A stretch of 64,000 nt of DNA, from NCBI GenBank assembly GCA_951406725.2, contig OX597826.1, positions 14,818,001 through 14,882,000 of the forward strand. The letters run 5' to 3'. The position numbers and the translations under genes are program-made. The stretch is from Octopus vulgaris. Taxonomy: Eukaryota. This document shows positions 41,808 through 54,303 of this stretch, piece by piece (position 1 is the first letter of the stretch; every line of letters starts with the position of its first letter). The notes beneath the pieces are model-generated. The model searched no databases and was not told the DNA's origin. It was given only the letters and a program-made list of their open reading frames with translations.

Positions 41808-41851
41808 ACCCAGAAACTAGTTTCTGAGTCATTGCTCGTCTTCAGTTTGGA
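41808..41851 (-). ncRNA. Hammerhead ribozyme motif in element family P10
   Basis: ccaaa-CTGAAGA-cGAG-caatga-CTCa-GAA-ACTAGT-T-tctgg. Host element 41660-41860 is homologous to 51095-51360. Confidence 0.55.
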
Positions 41852-42683
41852 GTAGCATGGCTTGATTCTTTATTATAGGCGCAAAGCCTAAATGCAGATC
41901 GGACATACAAAGACATGCGGGAACATAAAACATATGAAGGTTGAATGTGAAATGGATATATTTACAATGCAAATGAGACGACCATCTCGCTCCCGCTGCG
42001 AGATGAAATCGTGAATACCTTTAAACACAGCCTCTAGCTTCACCACGAGGTGAAACCGCGACTTCGCTTTTGCCTTACCATAACAAACATTTAGCACAAA
42101 TGTTCATACAATTTTTTTCCTTTTTTCTTTAAATAAAATAAAACCAAATGTTTATCAACTATTAGTAAACCTGTTCCTTTAATCGTTTCAAATTTTACAT
42201 TATTTCCTTTTTTCTTTAAACCTGTGAAATTTTTTTAAAAATCTTTTCACAGTCACAGTTTTTACAAAATTTCCGTGACTTACCACTATGATTTTTCTTT
42301 ACATTTTAGTTTCTCGTGCTGTCATTTTTCCTCCTAATTTCCTGCTTTTCTTGCACTTCCCTCTTCAAGTCTGTGAGTTCGTGCGTTTGTATGTCTGTGT
42401 ATTCCTGCATTTGTGTGTCTGTTAGCTCTATAACCGTAGATAACTTGGTAGATTCCACATTCTAGCATTAGATACACATTGTTATAGGGCTTAGTGAAAT
42501 AGCAAGGTGAAAGTGCGAGGCATTTGTTTAAAAGGTCATCTGAGGAGACGCAATCTGCACCTTATGATGCAAGACAATTCATAGTACATTATCTACCAAT
42601 GGGATACAGGCATGGAATGAGTCGAAATGTTGTGGATTTGAATAAAGAATCTTTTGAACTACATTTTCTGCCTCTGATCTATA

Positions 42684-42717
<34 letters not shown>

Positions 42718-42720
<3 letters not shown>

Positions 42721-42925
42721 GGAAAGTTTGCGAAAATAGACAAAAGACGAAGGCAGGTGGAGTACAAACAAACAAATGTATTAGTATAGCGCTCAGGAAT
42801 TGAAAAAGTCTTTTACGTTTCGAGCCTACGCTCTTCGACAGAAAGATACACAAAAAAAAAACAAAGAGAAAAACCAGGAGAAAAAAAAATGCATGTAGGA
42901 GCTAACGATCTATCATGGCGTCCTA
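42718..42925 (-). mobile_element. Element P1 with hammerhead motif (U6 variant)
   Basis: Minus strand 42810-42845 reads cttt-CTGTCGA-AGAGC-gtag-GCTC-GAAAC-GTA-aaag. Abuts (TA)n. Confidence 0.7.
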
Positions 42926-42930
42926 AATAT

Positions 42931-42963
<33 letters not shown>

Positions 42964-43046
42964 AACAATTGAGGGTAAAATTAATTAATCAATTTCACCA
43001 AGTGTTCAGTATGTAAAAGGACCATTTAAGGCGAATTCAAAATATT

Positions 43047-43216
43047 ACATTATATAATTAGGGCTTAGTAAAATAAATACTTTGCCACATACTGTACTTA
43101 GTAGAAATAGCAGCCCAAAAAATTTTAGAAATGGCTAAAAAAATTTTTTTGGCTGCTATTTCTACTAAGTCCAGTATGTGGCAAGTAATTTATTTATAAG
43201 CCCTAATTATATAATG

Positions 43217-43217
<1 letters not shown>
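43047..43217. repeat. Fold-back inverted repeat (~80-bp arms) in element P8 between (TA)n tracts
   Basis: acattatataattagggctta...tagaaatagcagcc mirrored by ggctgctatttcta...taagccctaattatataatgt. Confidence 0.85.
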
Positions 43218-43268
<51 letters not shown>

Positions 43269-43389
43269 TTATTTATTTATTTATCTAAAATTAAGGATAA
43301 AATCTTTATAAGAAATTATCAGTAGTTAGCGTGAAAAACCTCGTAAGAGAAAAAATCTATAAATTTTTCCACTTTGAAAATATTTATTT

Positions 43390-43665
43390 ATATTATATAG
43401 AGGGTACTATTATTCATAGATACCGCACGCTAGGAGGGACTTTTGCAGTCAAAACTACTAAAATAATGTCTTGAGTTCGTTGTACTGAAGAGCATAGAAT
43501 GCATATTCTGCACTGATTGCGAAATCACAGGTCATATGTAACTAAATTCTGTTTCTAAATGACTTGCTTTGAAGTTTTGCATTCGGTACAATTTGTTTAT
43601 TTTAGTAGTTTTGACTGCAAAAGTCCCCCTCCTAGCGTGCGGTACCTATGAATAATAGCACCCTC

Positions 43666-43675
<10 letters not shown>
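43390..43675. repeat. Inverted repeat (~77-bp arms, ~130-bp spacer), element P9
   Basis: atatagagggt...cagtcaaaactactaaaataa mirrored at 43597-43675. Confidence 0.9.
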
Positions 43676-43732
<57 letters not shown>

Positions 43733-43733
<1 letters not shown>

Positions 43734-43892
43734 GGTGCATTTACGTCCTCGTAATTTAAAGGGTTCGGTAAAAGAGCCCGAAAGAATAAGTACCAGGCTT
43801 AAAAACGTAAGTCCTTGGGCCGATTTGCTCGACTAAACCCTTCAAGGTCGTGTCCCGGTATGGTCGCATTCAAAACTAGTAAAAGATAAACG
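43733..43892 (+). mobile_element. SINE family B 3' half, diverged
   Basis: ggtgcatttacgtcc...agaataagtaccaggctt...gatttgctcgactaaa. Confidence 0.7.
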
Positions 43893-44954
43893 AAGAAAGA
43901 TATATAGAGGAAGACAGCGAGGCAGACAGATAGACAAACAGACGGAGAGGATAGGTGATGGCGTGAGATATATCTTTTACAAAAAAGTGTATAAGCGTTC
44001 TTATAACACCTTCCTACATGTGTGTACAGAATATCTGGAGCAACTCTTCGGGATTAATATCATCCAGTCGGTGTAACAATATGAACAATTACGTGACTGT
44101 GTAGGTCATAAAGGAACAACAAAATCGATTACAGATGAAGTATCTGATGTTCTACTTGGGCCTTTCGGTAGAGATATATTAATAGAACAGATGCTTTTCG
44201 TCTTTTTTTTTTATATCGCGTATTTTAATTCTACATAGGTTTTTGAAGAGGTACCGTATTAACAGAAGGACGAAATTTACCTTGCATGATCTTACTTCAA
44301 AAAAGCTAGAAATAAACAGGGTTAGGGTTGGATTTAACTGCATAACATACATTATATATTCGGATTTAAGTGAGTGTCTATACATCAATGTGTATATAAG
44401 TGTGCAGCTGTGTAAGTGTATAGTGGGAAAAGTGTGTGTATATGTTTGTGTGATTCTCTGTGTATTTGTCTATGAATGTTCATGTTTGAAAGTGAGAAAT
44501 TAGGTATTCTTGTGTGTCCATGTATGATAGATATAGTGTGTATACATGTTTACGGGTGTCTAAGTGCAATCTAAATGCAAATTAAGCAAAACGGAATATG
44601 TACATTTCTAGCTTCAAGACGTGAAGTTGGTGTGAAAAAAATTTATAAACTTTCAGTTTTTTATCTATGTTTCTTACAGTTAAATCTCATAAAATCTACC
44701 TAAAATAATCTTCAACTTGAACTCCGCGGACCTCAGTTCCATAAAAAATTGATAAAATAAGTACCCAATAATACATTATGCTTATATAACTGACTGCACC
44801 TTCCCAGAATGGTGGCATTCTTGTGTCTCTGTTAGAAAATATTATCGTTATTATTTCATTAAATAATATCCTCCTCCTCATCATCATCATCATCATCACC
44901 ACCACCACCACCACCATTATTATATTTGATATTTTATCTTAAATTAGTATCGCA

Positions 44955-45225
44955 AGTAAACAAAAGAAGCAGATATAGATAAAGAATGAACACACCAGTG
45001 GTTGCGCAGCTCAGGTCTAACGGCAGAAACTGATATGTTTATGAAAGCAGCTCAGGATCTATCTCTACTCACAGCAAACTACCAAGCAAACATTCTCCAC
45101 AATGGTTCTGACCCAAACTATAGACTAAGTGATAATAATATTGAAACCATTGACCACGTTGTAATTGACTGCTCTGGACTCACAATAATCAAGCACAAAG
45201 CCTCACATACCGGAATAGGAAGTAT
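44955..45225 (+). pseudogene. R4/Dong-like (RLE-clade) non-LTR retrotransposon fragment
   Basis: THQWLRSSGLTAETDMFMKAAQDLSLLTANYQANIL...IETIDHVVIDC matches the WL..G.L..ETE.F..AAQDQ.L.T.NY...ET..H...C motif. Confidence 0.65.
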
Positions 45226-45464
45226 TAATCTGCACTGCTGAGTGAAATGGAGGAGAAAATCAGAGGTAGATCTGATAGTGATTTGGAAGAGAGTTTAGAG
45301 TCCTACGCCCTCTACCGCCAAATGAAAGGGAAGGTCAGCACCAACCAAGTTCAAAGTACAGTGCATCACACTACTACTGTGACATTAAGCAACAACCACA
45401 ACAACAACGACAACAAAGTACGGGAATTTATTGTGAGATGCAACATGTCGAGTAACGCCGGACA

Positions 45465-46230
45465 CGTGTGCGTAATCGACTGACAATGCAAGAATACTAC
45501 AGCTATCGTCTTGCATTCAGAGACGGGTTTGTGTTATTCACAGAGCTGGAAAATTATTTCAGCAGTATGTTGTGGATGCATATATCAAGGCTGAAGGTTG
45601 CAGGTTGCAATATCTTAGGAACAATCAGACTCAGTTGCGAGTGGAAAGTAACAACGGATTCATGAACTATTTGAACACAGGAGCAGATGAGAATATTGAG
45701 CCAGGACTGCCAGTGATACTGCCTTCCTCATTCACAGACAGTCCAAGGAATATGCACCAATATTTTCAGGATGCCATGTCAATTGTTTCAAAATATGCTA
45801 AGCCAGACTTGTTCATCACTTACACTTGCAACCCGAAGCGCCCTGAGATAGTTGATAATCTACAGCAAAATGAAACACCTGAAAATAGGCCAGATTTAGT
45901 TGCCCGAGTGTACAAGTCACACCTTGCAGAACTTACGAGGGACATAAAGGATAGAAACATTTTTGGGGTGCCAATGGCTAATGTCCATGTCATTGAGTTT
46001 CAGAAGAAAGGTCTTCCCCACTGCCACATGTTGGTAGTGCTGAGAAATGAGGACAAAGTCAGAAGCAGTGATAATATAGATAGGATCGTAACAGCTAAAA
46101 TTCCTCATGTCAATGATAATCCAGTCTTGCAGGATTTAGTAAAAAAAAGATGCGTGATACATGGTCCGTGCGGAACAGATAATCCTTCTTCCCCTTGCAT
46201 GGAAAATGGCTCATGTCAAAAGAAATATAT
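45465..46230 (+). pseudogene. Helitron RepHel, Rep (HUH) region fragment
   Basis: TMQEYYSYRL (frameshift) ...DAYIKAE...LPSSFTDSPRNMHQYFQDAMSIV...PDLFITYTCNP...RPDLVARV...VIEFQKKGLPHCH...HGPCG...CQKKY. Confidence 0.92.
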
Positions 46231-46289
46231 ATATAAACCAACGACACATACATAAAGGGTCTCCAGAATTTCTGAAAACACTCCACTCC

Positions 46290-46750
46290 TTCAAGTCAGT
46301 ACTTCTCGGCAGACAATGTTCTTAGTAAGTCCGCCTTATTCTCCTTCCTTGTCTGTCTGTCTCCATCACCTTAACCCTTACATCTGAGAGTTTGTGAGCT
46401 CTAGAGTATACCACATGCAACGACCCGTGACTGAACACTGGCTGAGGTAAGAACTATCCCACCTTCTCAAATGTCTGCCCCTGTGACCACCCAATGGTCA
46501 TGGCATATGACAAACGGACAAGAAACTGGGTTCTCTCCAAGGTGAATGGCAAGTTAGGGTAGCTTGGAGCCAGATTTATTCCTGGGATGAGGACACATCT
46601 GCCAATTAGTGAGCCGGTAATCAAGGAAACCGCGATTGAATATTGATGCATGGCCACCACTTCCAGTCTTGTACCATTGCAGAGTTCATTCTGGATAGAA
46701 AGATTACGAAGAAGCATTACTTTTGAGCTGGGTTTTAAATTCAATTTATT
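46290..46750 (-). pseudogene. Helitron Pif1-family helicase C-terminal fragment
   Basis: KVMLLRNLSIQNELCNGTRL...QFLVRLSYAMTIGWSQGQTFEKVG, then after a frameshift QPVFSHGSLHVVYSRA...TKNIVCREVL*. Confidence 0.9.
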
Positions 46751-46968
46751 CCTGATGATGTCAAAAAGTTTAGTAATTCAAGTGGATAACGCTCAGCCTC
46801 GGCAGGATCATCTGTCAAAACATTATCTGTAATATATATGTGTGTGTGTGTTGTTGTTGTTGTTGTTGTTGTATTTAGGAATGGTCATCTTGCCAGTTTA
46901 GCCAATACATATATTTAAATAATGAGGGTGATAAATTGAATATTAATTTAATTAACATATATATATAT

Positions 46969-47011
<43 letters not shown>

Positions 47012-47021
<10 letters not shown>

Positions 47022-49500
47022 TATTAGAGACAAAACCACTATTTTGCAAAACAAACAAGGAAAGACTTAATCAATACATAAAATTTTAATAAATAGTCAA
47101 AAAAACCGCCACTACAATTGTTTCTTGTCTTGATCGACAATCTTCAGGTGGACTTCCAATCTAAAATATCAATATTTTAAAATATAAAAATAATAATTTT
47201 AAAATAATTAAAGTATGAATGAAAAAATATAAATATATAATCCATATATAACCTATATATAATCCATATATAATCAATATATAAACAATATATAAACTAA
47301 AATAAACCTATCAACAATTAAATATAAAATATAAAATATAAAATATAAAATATAAAACAAAACAAAAAAATAATAATAATATAATAATAAACTATATATA
47401 CACCCATACACATATACCTAATTATATATAACCATATCTAACTACATACACTAAATCACACACCTATATATATATCCCTATACATACACATAAAAACGTC
47501 TAGGCAACTATAAATAAATAAAATAGCTAAATACTTCAACACAATACTTATTCATACTCCCACACACACACACATACAACCCACATTCACGCTCTAGAAA
47601 ACGGACATCACTTAAAATTATGAACGGAGAAATGGAATAAATGGAATTAAAAATTATATTCACTTGGTAAAACGAACACTACTTAAAAATTATGAATGAA
47701 ACAATGCAATAAAACAACAGACATCGCAAATAGACACAAATTACTACGAATTCCTTAACAAACCTACCATGATAAACCAAAACTCATAAAAACATATAAT
47801 GATAAAATCTCCCTTTACTAAACTCTATAACATACCTATATAGCAATCCCCCTAACCTAAACATTCACACACAAATACACACACATAAACCACACACCCA
47901 CGACATATACAAATACCCACACCACTTACACATACCTATACATACATATAAACCTCAACATATACTCCAAAAACCCACTCAACCCCACACAGACAAATAA
48001 ACACAAACATTATGAATGGATTCTTTTATAAAACTACCATGATACGCTAAAACTCACAAAACATAAATGATAAAACCTCCCTTTACTAAACACTATAACA
48101 TACTTATATAGCAATCACTTTAACCTATACATTCACACACAAATACACACACGTAAACCACACACCCATAACAAATACAAACACCCACCCCACTCACACA
48201 CACCCACAAGTACATATAAGCCTCAACATATACACCAAAAAAAATTACTTTACCAAGGAACTTAACATATGTATAAAAAATATATAACCGCTCTGGAAAC
48301 GAACATCTTAAAAATAATGAATGGAGAAATGGAATTAAAAATAATATTCACGTGGCATAACGAACACCACTCAAAAATTATGAATGAAACAATGTAATAA
48401 GACAACCAACATCGAAAATAGACAAATTACCACGAATTCCCTAAAAAAACCATGATAAACCAAAACTCTTAAAAACATATAACGATAAAATCTCCCTTTG
48501 CTAAACTCAATAACAAACCTATATAACAATCCCCCTAACCTAAACATTCACACACAAAAAAAAAAAAAAAAAAAAACACACGTAAACCACAGACCCACAA
48601 CTTATACACATACCTATACTAACTTATAAACCTCAATATACATCAAAAACCCACTCCCTCCCCACACAGACAAATTAACACATACATCCCAAAACCTAAA
48701 TAACAAACCCATATACACATTCACACACAAACACACACACACGCAAAACACACACACACAACAGATACATATACTCCCTCAATATACGCATATACATACT
48801 CACTAAACTCGATATATACAACAATATTTACACACCCACACTCATACAGATAAATAAATTATACAACTAAAAAGTCACACACAATCTCATATACATAAAC
48901 ACTCCAATAAAAAACAACATTAAATACATCGTAATTAACCAGAATATCAAAAATAACAATATAACATAAGGAGAAATAAAATACATACTTACAAGTCAGT
49001 TTCAAATTATGAAGTGAAATTAAATTCTTAGCCGTTAAAAAAATCAAACCAAAATTACGTTACCATAGAAATATAACTTATGTAAAAAAAGAATAAAAGA
49101 ATAAAAGAATACGCGCCATGGAAAGTAAACGTCATTTAAAATTATGAATGGAGAAATAGAATAAATGGAACTAAAAACTATATCCACGTGGCAAACCATC
49201 ACTACTTAAAAAAAATTTATTAGAATGGATTCTTTAATAAAACTACCATAATAAAAAATTATTATATACATTTATGAGTTTTAGCTCATCTTAGCAGCTC
49301 TAACAAACAACTTGCAGTAACCCAAATCTATTCTCGATGCCTGCCTTACTACTACACTATTCCATTCCCAATTCCTTGTTTGTTTTGCAAAATAGTGGTT
49401 TTGTCTCTAATAATATTTTATAATATTTTACTATAAAATTGGATTTAATCCTAAATCTGATTTTTTCCCTGTAAATTTGGATTTATTCCCTAATATTTAT
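47012..49500 (-). mobile_element. 2.5-kb non-coding hammerhead-bearing element with terminal inverted repeat, in (TA)n
   Basis: 51-bp inverted repeat 47012-47062 / 49372-49422. Hammerhead at 47109-47151. Internal tandem modules. Plus strand strongly G-poor. Confidence 0.65.
47109..47151 (-). ncRNA. Minimal type I hammerhead ribozyme, canonical core
   Basis: ccac-CTGAAGA-TTGTC-gatcaa-GACAA-GAA-ACAATTGT-A-gtgg: all three helices pair, GUA cleavage site, palindromic helix III. Confidence 0.85.
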
Positions 49501-49970
49501 TATTATTATATATATATATATATATAATTTTAATTAATATCTTTCAAAAGAGGAAACTATATGTGGCATGTATTGTATAATTTTGTACACGTATAGGTCT
49601 ATTGTTTTCTGTATTTATATCGGAGGAAACTGGCATGGCTCTATGTTGGGAGGGGCAGGTAGGTACCATTGACTGATTGGCATTGGCAATCTTTGCACAC
49701 ATCATGAACACTCCCAAGTTTTTCAATGTGTTCTTTATTTTCCCAGCCTCTGAATATTGTGTGTTAAAAAAAGGCTAGAATTAGTAGCTAAACTTTATGT
49801 ATTTGTAAATAGAACTGTACAAACATATGCAATTTTAGTATTTGCTGCCTAAGTATCTCATTCTATTATGTATTTATAGAAATTTTAATTACTCCTTACT
49901 TCAATGCGTTATTTTTATACATACATATATATAGAAAAATTTATTATTTACTCCAACATTCTAGTTATTA

Positions 49971-50083
<113 letters not shown>

Positions 50084-50738
50084 AGCAACTGGCAGAATCG
50101 CTAGAACGCCGGGCAAAAAGACGTATTTCGTCCGTCTTTACGTTCTGATTTCAAGGTCGACTTCACCTTTCTTCCTTTCCGAGTTAATAAAATGATTACT
50201 GGCTGAGCACTGAGGTCGCTGTAATCGACTAGCCCTTCCCCCGAAATTTCATTCGTTATATCTATTGTAGAAAGGATTATCATGTTTAGCAGAAAATGAT
50301 AACATGGAAAAAAAAAAGTGAAAAGTGAAAGTGACTTGTAAAGATTTTGTCCCATGCCTCTGCGTTTGGATTCCTAACTGTGGTTGAGTTCGCTTTATAT
50401 CTCTCTCGGGGATCGATATAGAAACCAGAATTAACGTATTGATGTGGATTCAATCACCTATATCCACGCCAACGTGGTCCAGTTCCAGTCTAATAAATCA
50501 TTATAACGTTACATATTACTATCTTAGCTAAGAGCTGCTTCCCATCAAATTTGTTGAGAAGTGGAAAAGAAAGCAAACTTTGTCCGAGTGAACTCTGCAT
50601 GCGCTTATTTATTAAAAGGATACAGCAGCTGAAGGCACATGCTTTAGTGGTTAGGGTGACCATGGCTTTGAGGTGTTTCATGAGTAGCCCGCGGATTTCA
50701 CCCATTTCTCAGGAATTATTCATTTTTGGGGTTATTAT

Positions 50739-50968
50739 TATTTCTTTACTACCCACAAGGAGCTAAACACAGAGAGGACAAACAAGGACAGACAAACGGA
50801 TTAAGTCGATTATATCGACCCCAGTGCGTAACTGCTACTTAATTTATCGACCCCGAAAGGATGAAAGGCAAAGTCGACCTCGGCGGAATATGAACTCAGA
50901 ACGTAACGGCAGACGAAATACGGCTACGCATTACGCCCGGCGTGCTAACGTTTCTGCCAGCTCGCCGC
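50739..50968 (-). mobile_element. SINE family C, tail type 1
   Basis: TSD tggggttatta on both sides. Confidence 0.9.
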
Positions 50969-51237
50969 TGGGGTTATTACTGTTAATCCTTCTTTTTATA
51001 CGCTCCTTCGGGTAATCTCACATTGTATCGCCCAGTATCGCACCCAATGTTTTTGTGAACCCTTATGTTTAATAAAGAAAATAGTATTATTATTAACATG
51101 ACAGTCCCGTAAAGGGAACTACACCACCACTATATAACCCTAGGAAGCATCGATTCTTCCTGTCGGCTTTGACACATTTCCTGTGTCCTTATATTTGCGA
51201 ATGGGAGGCTAGCACCCCCACCAACTAGGACTAGCAA

Positions 51238-51283
51238 CCTGAAGACATGCATATTTCTGGGTCTTGCCCGTCATCAGTCCAGG
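51238..51283 (-). ncRNA. Minimal hammerhead ribozyme, canonical core (family P10)
   Basis: cctgga-CTGATGA-cGGG-caaga-CCCa-GAAA-TATGCAT-GTC-ttcagg: 6-bp helix I, GUC cleavage site. Confidence 0.75.
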
Positions 51284-51902
51284 GTAGTAAGTCCTGCTAG
51301 TTGAGATACCTGCCAAGCCCTCGCAAGCGTCGATGCTTCCTGGGACTGTCACGTTATGTTGACAGTATACAACCACTCTATCGCTCCAACACCGCTCATG
51401 TCTCTTTGAGACATTTAGAAATTCAATATTTCTAATTAGTATTATTATTGAGTAAGAGAAAAGCACATGTCATCAACGTGACACTGGGGTACAAATATAC
51501 GAAGCCCAATAAACCCATCATGACTACCCGTCTGATAAGGATACACCAGACACTTGCATCACAAACAAATGTGCACGACACGAGGATTTCGTATCAAAAC
51601 AAACAGCACATGCTCTTGCAGATGGAGCCCAATTAAAATGTTATCGTGGTCGTGTACCGCATCCCGCACAAAAGGTCCCTGAATAGGGGTCCTTTAAGGA
51701 TGATGTACGAACCACTTATGTTTCCATGGGTGAATCATCCAAATCACCGAGAATTCTTCTCTACACATGGCTCTGATGCCTCCCGCAAACCACTACTTCT
51801 GCTCGTGATCAGAGATGCACATATCGTCAGCTACGGAGGGACATAGTCAACTAGTTATGGTCAAGTAAATGACAAGTAAGTCTATGGTATTGAGCAGAAT
51901 AA

Positions 51903-52497
51903 GGCGGTGAGCTGGGAGAAACGTTAGCTCGCCGGGCGAAATGCTTAGCGGTATTTCGTCTGCCGCTACGTTCTGAGTTCAAATTCCGCCGAGGTCGACT
52001 TTGCCTTTCATCCTTTCGGGGTAGATTAAATAAGCACCAGTTACGCACTGGGGTCAATATAATCGACTTAATCCGTTTGTCTGTCCTTGTTTGTCGTCTG
52101 TGTTTAGCCCCTTGTGGGTAGTAAAGGAATAGGCATTTCGTCCGTCTCTACATTCTGAGTTCAAATTCCGCCATGGTCGACTTTGCCTTTCATCCTTTCG
52201 GAGTAGATTAAATAAGCACCAGTTACGCACTGGGGTCAATATAATCGACTTAATCCGTTTGTCTGTCCTTGTTTGTCGTCTGTGTTTAGCCCCTTGTGGG
52301 TAGTAAAGGAATAGGCATTTCGTCCGTCTCTACGTTCTGAGTTCAAATTTCGCCATGGTCGACTTTGCCTTTCATCCTTTCGGGGTAGATTAAATAAGTA
52401 CCAGTTACGCACTGGAGTCGATATAATCAACTTAATCCGTTTGTCTGTCCTTGTTTGTCCTCTCTGTGTTTAGCCCCTTGTGGGTAGTAAAGAAATA
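51903..52497 (+). mobile_element. SINE family C trimer (one head, three ~182-bp bodies)
   Basis: 17-bp TSD ggtattgagcagaataa at 51886-51902 and 52498-52514. Internal junctions at ~52131 and ~52313. Confidence 0.92.
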
Positions 52498-52624
52498 GGT
52501 ATTGAGCAGAATAATTGCTGTAGCCCTTTTACACCATGACGAATCACGTACATAACACTTCCAATCAGTTAAGATCAGGGGCCATGAGATCCAATGTCTG
52601 GCATTGTATCAGGGCATTCATCAC

Positions 52625-52681
<57 letters not shown>

Positions 52682-52954
52682 TCGAAATATATTATTACTA
52701 TTTGTTGACGTAGTTAGCTGCTGTCGATTAGTGCGTTATTTGTTTTGTATAGTAAACACTGGCGGCGAAATTAGCTTCTATAAGCATTATTTCAACATGA
52801 TATGACAGAAACCATTTGTTAATCATTTTCACAGGTAATTAAAAATTCATGTACGTGCGCAAATTCATACATGTATACACGTGTGTGTGCGAGCGTATGC
52901 ACGACAAGTAAAGAAAGTAATGGCTTGTAACAGATGTATTTCTGCATACAAGTA

Positions 52955-52997
<43 letters not shown>

Positions 52998-53164
52998 CAT
53001 ACATACACACATACATATGTATATATGTGTATATGTATATGTATACATACATACACACATACATATGTGTATGTGTGTATACATATACATACACACACAT
53101 TTATATATATTTATATATACATATACATATATATATGTTTATATGAGTTTGTGTGTGTGTGTCT

Positions 53165-53221
<57 letters not shown>

Positions 53222-53392
53222 TACATATATGCATACACACACATGCACACGGAAACGTAAACAGATATATACAAGTATGTACACGTATACGTACATATAC
53301 AAGCATGCATACATACATATATGCATGCATGCATGCATACATACATACATACATACACACCTGCATACATACATGCATACATCCATCCATCC

Positions 53393-53423
<31 letters not shown>

Positions 53424-53813
53424 CATACATACATACATACATACATACATACATACATTCTGGGGGCGCTGATGGTAGATCCGAAGTAGTTTGATTTGAA
53501 CGGCGAATAAATTAGTTGGAATTTTAACAAATGGTTTTTGCCCTCAAGTTATTTTTTAAAGACAATGTATAATCAATGTCCTTTTTATTATTTTATATAG
53601 TCTTGCATGTTTGTGTGTGTTTGCGTGTTTATATGCTTTGGTATGTATGTCTATGAATGTTTGCGTATGAGTATTTGTGTATGTGTACCTGAGAGAGACA
53701 GTATATATGTGCAAGTACAAAAAGGAAAAAATTTCTAAGAAATCACACAAAATGAACCCACACTATCCGGTGAATGTGTTTACATTTATTGGTGTAAATA
53801 TATATATACATAC

Positions 53814-53845
<32 letters not shown>

Positions 53846-53868
53846 ATGTATATACATATTTATATATA

Positions 53869-53946
<78 letters not shown>

Positions 53947-54257
53947 TATATACGTATGTGTGTATGTATGCGCACATATATACATGTATAGACATAAATA
54001 CACCCACGCATACACACATATATGCTGACTCTTCTAGTTTCTGTATATATATGTGTGTGTGTGTACGTGCATGTGTGTGTATTTATAAACAACTTATTTT
54101 AAATATATGGGTATATATACAGACATACATATATTTATATGCATAGATTTATGTATACGTACACACATACACACATATACATACCTGCTTTTATATATGT
54201 TTGTATGTGCTTGTTCTAACGAATGACAGGCATGCGTATGACAGCGTGTGATTGTAT

Positions 54258-54303
<46 letters not shown>

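Noticed and set aside
42540-42635. CTGAGGA-GAC...GTC-GAAA hammerhead candidate (similar weak ones at ~43484-43533, ~38231-38270 and ~58276-58310)
   Set aside because: The cleavage triplet or helix I is not satisfied; too degenerate to call.
47160-49270. NUMT (mitochondria-like strand skew)
   Set aside because: I could not recognise any mitochondrial gene or tRNA, and the region is bounded by hammerhead/inverted-repeat ends. Not fully excluded without BLAST.
51903-52497. Regular ~182-bp repeats suggesting a CRISPR-like or satellite array
   Set aside because: The units are SINE bodies with no unique spacers, and the context is eukaryotic.
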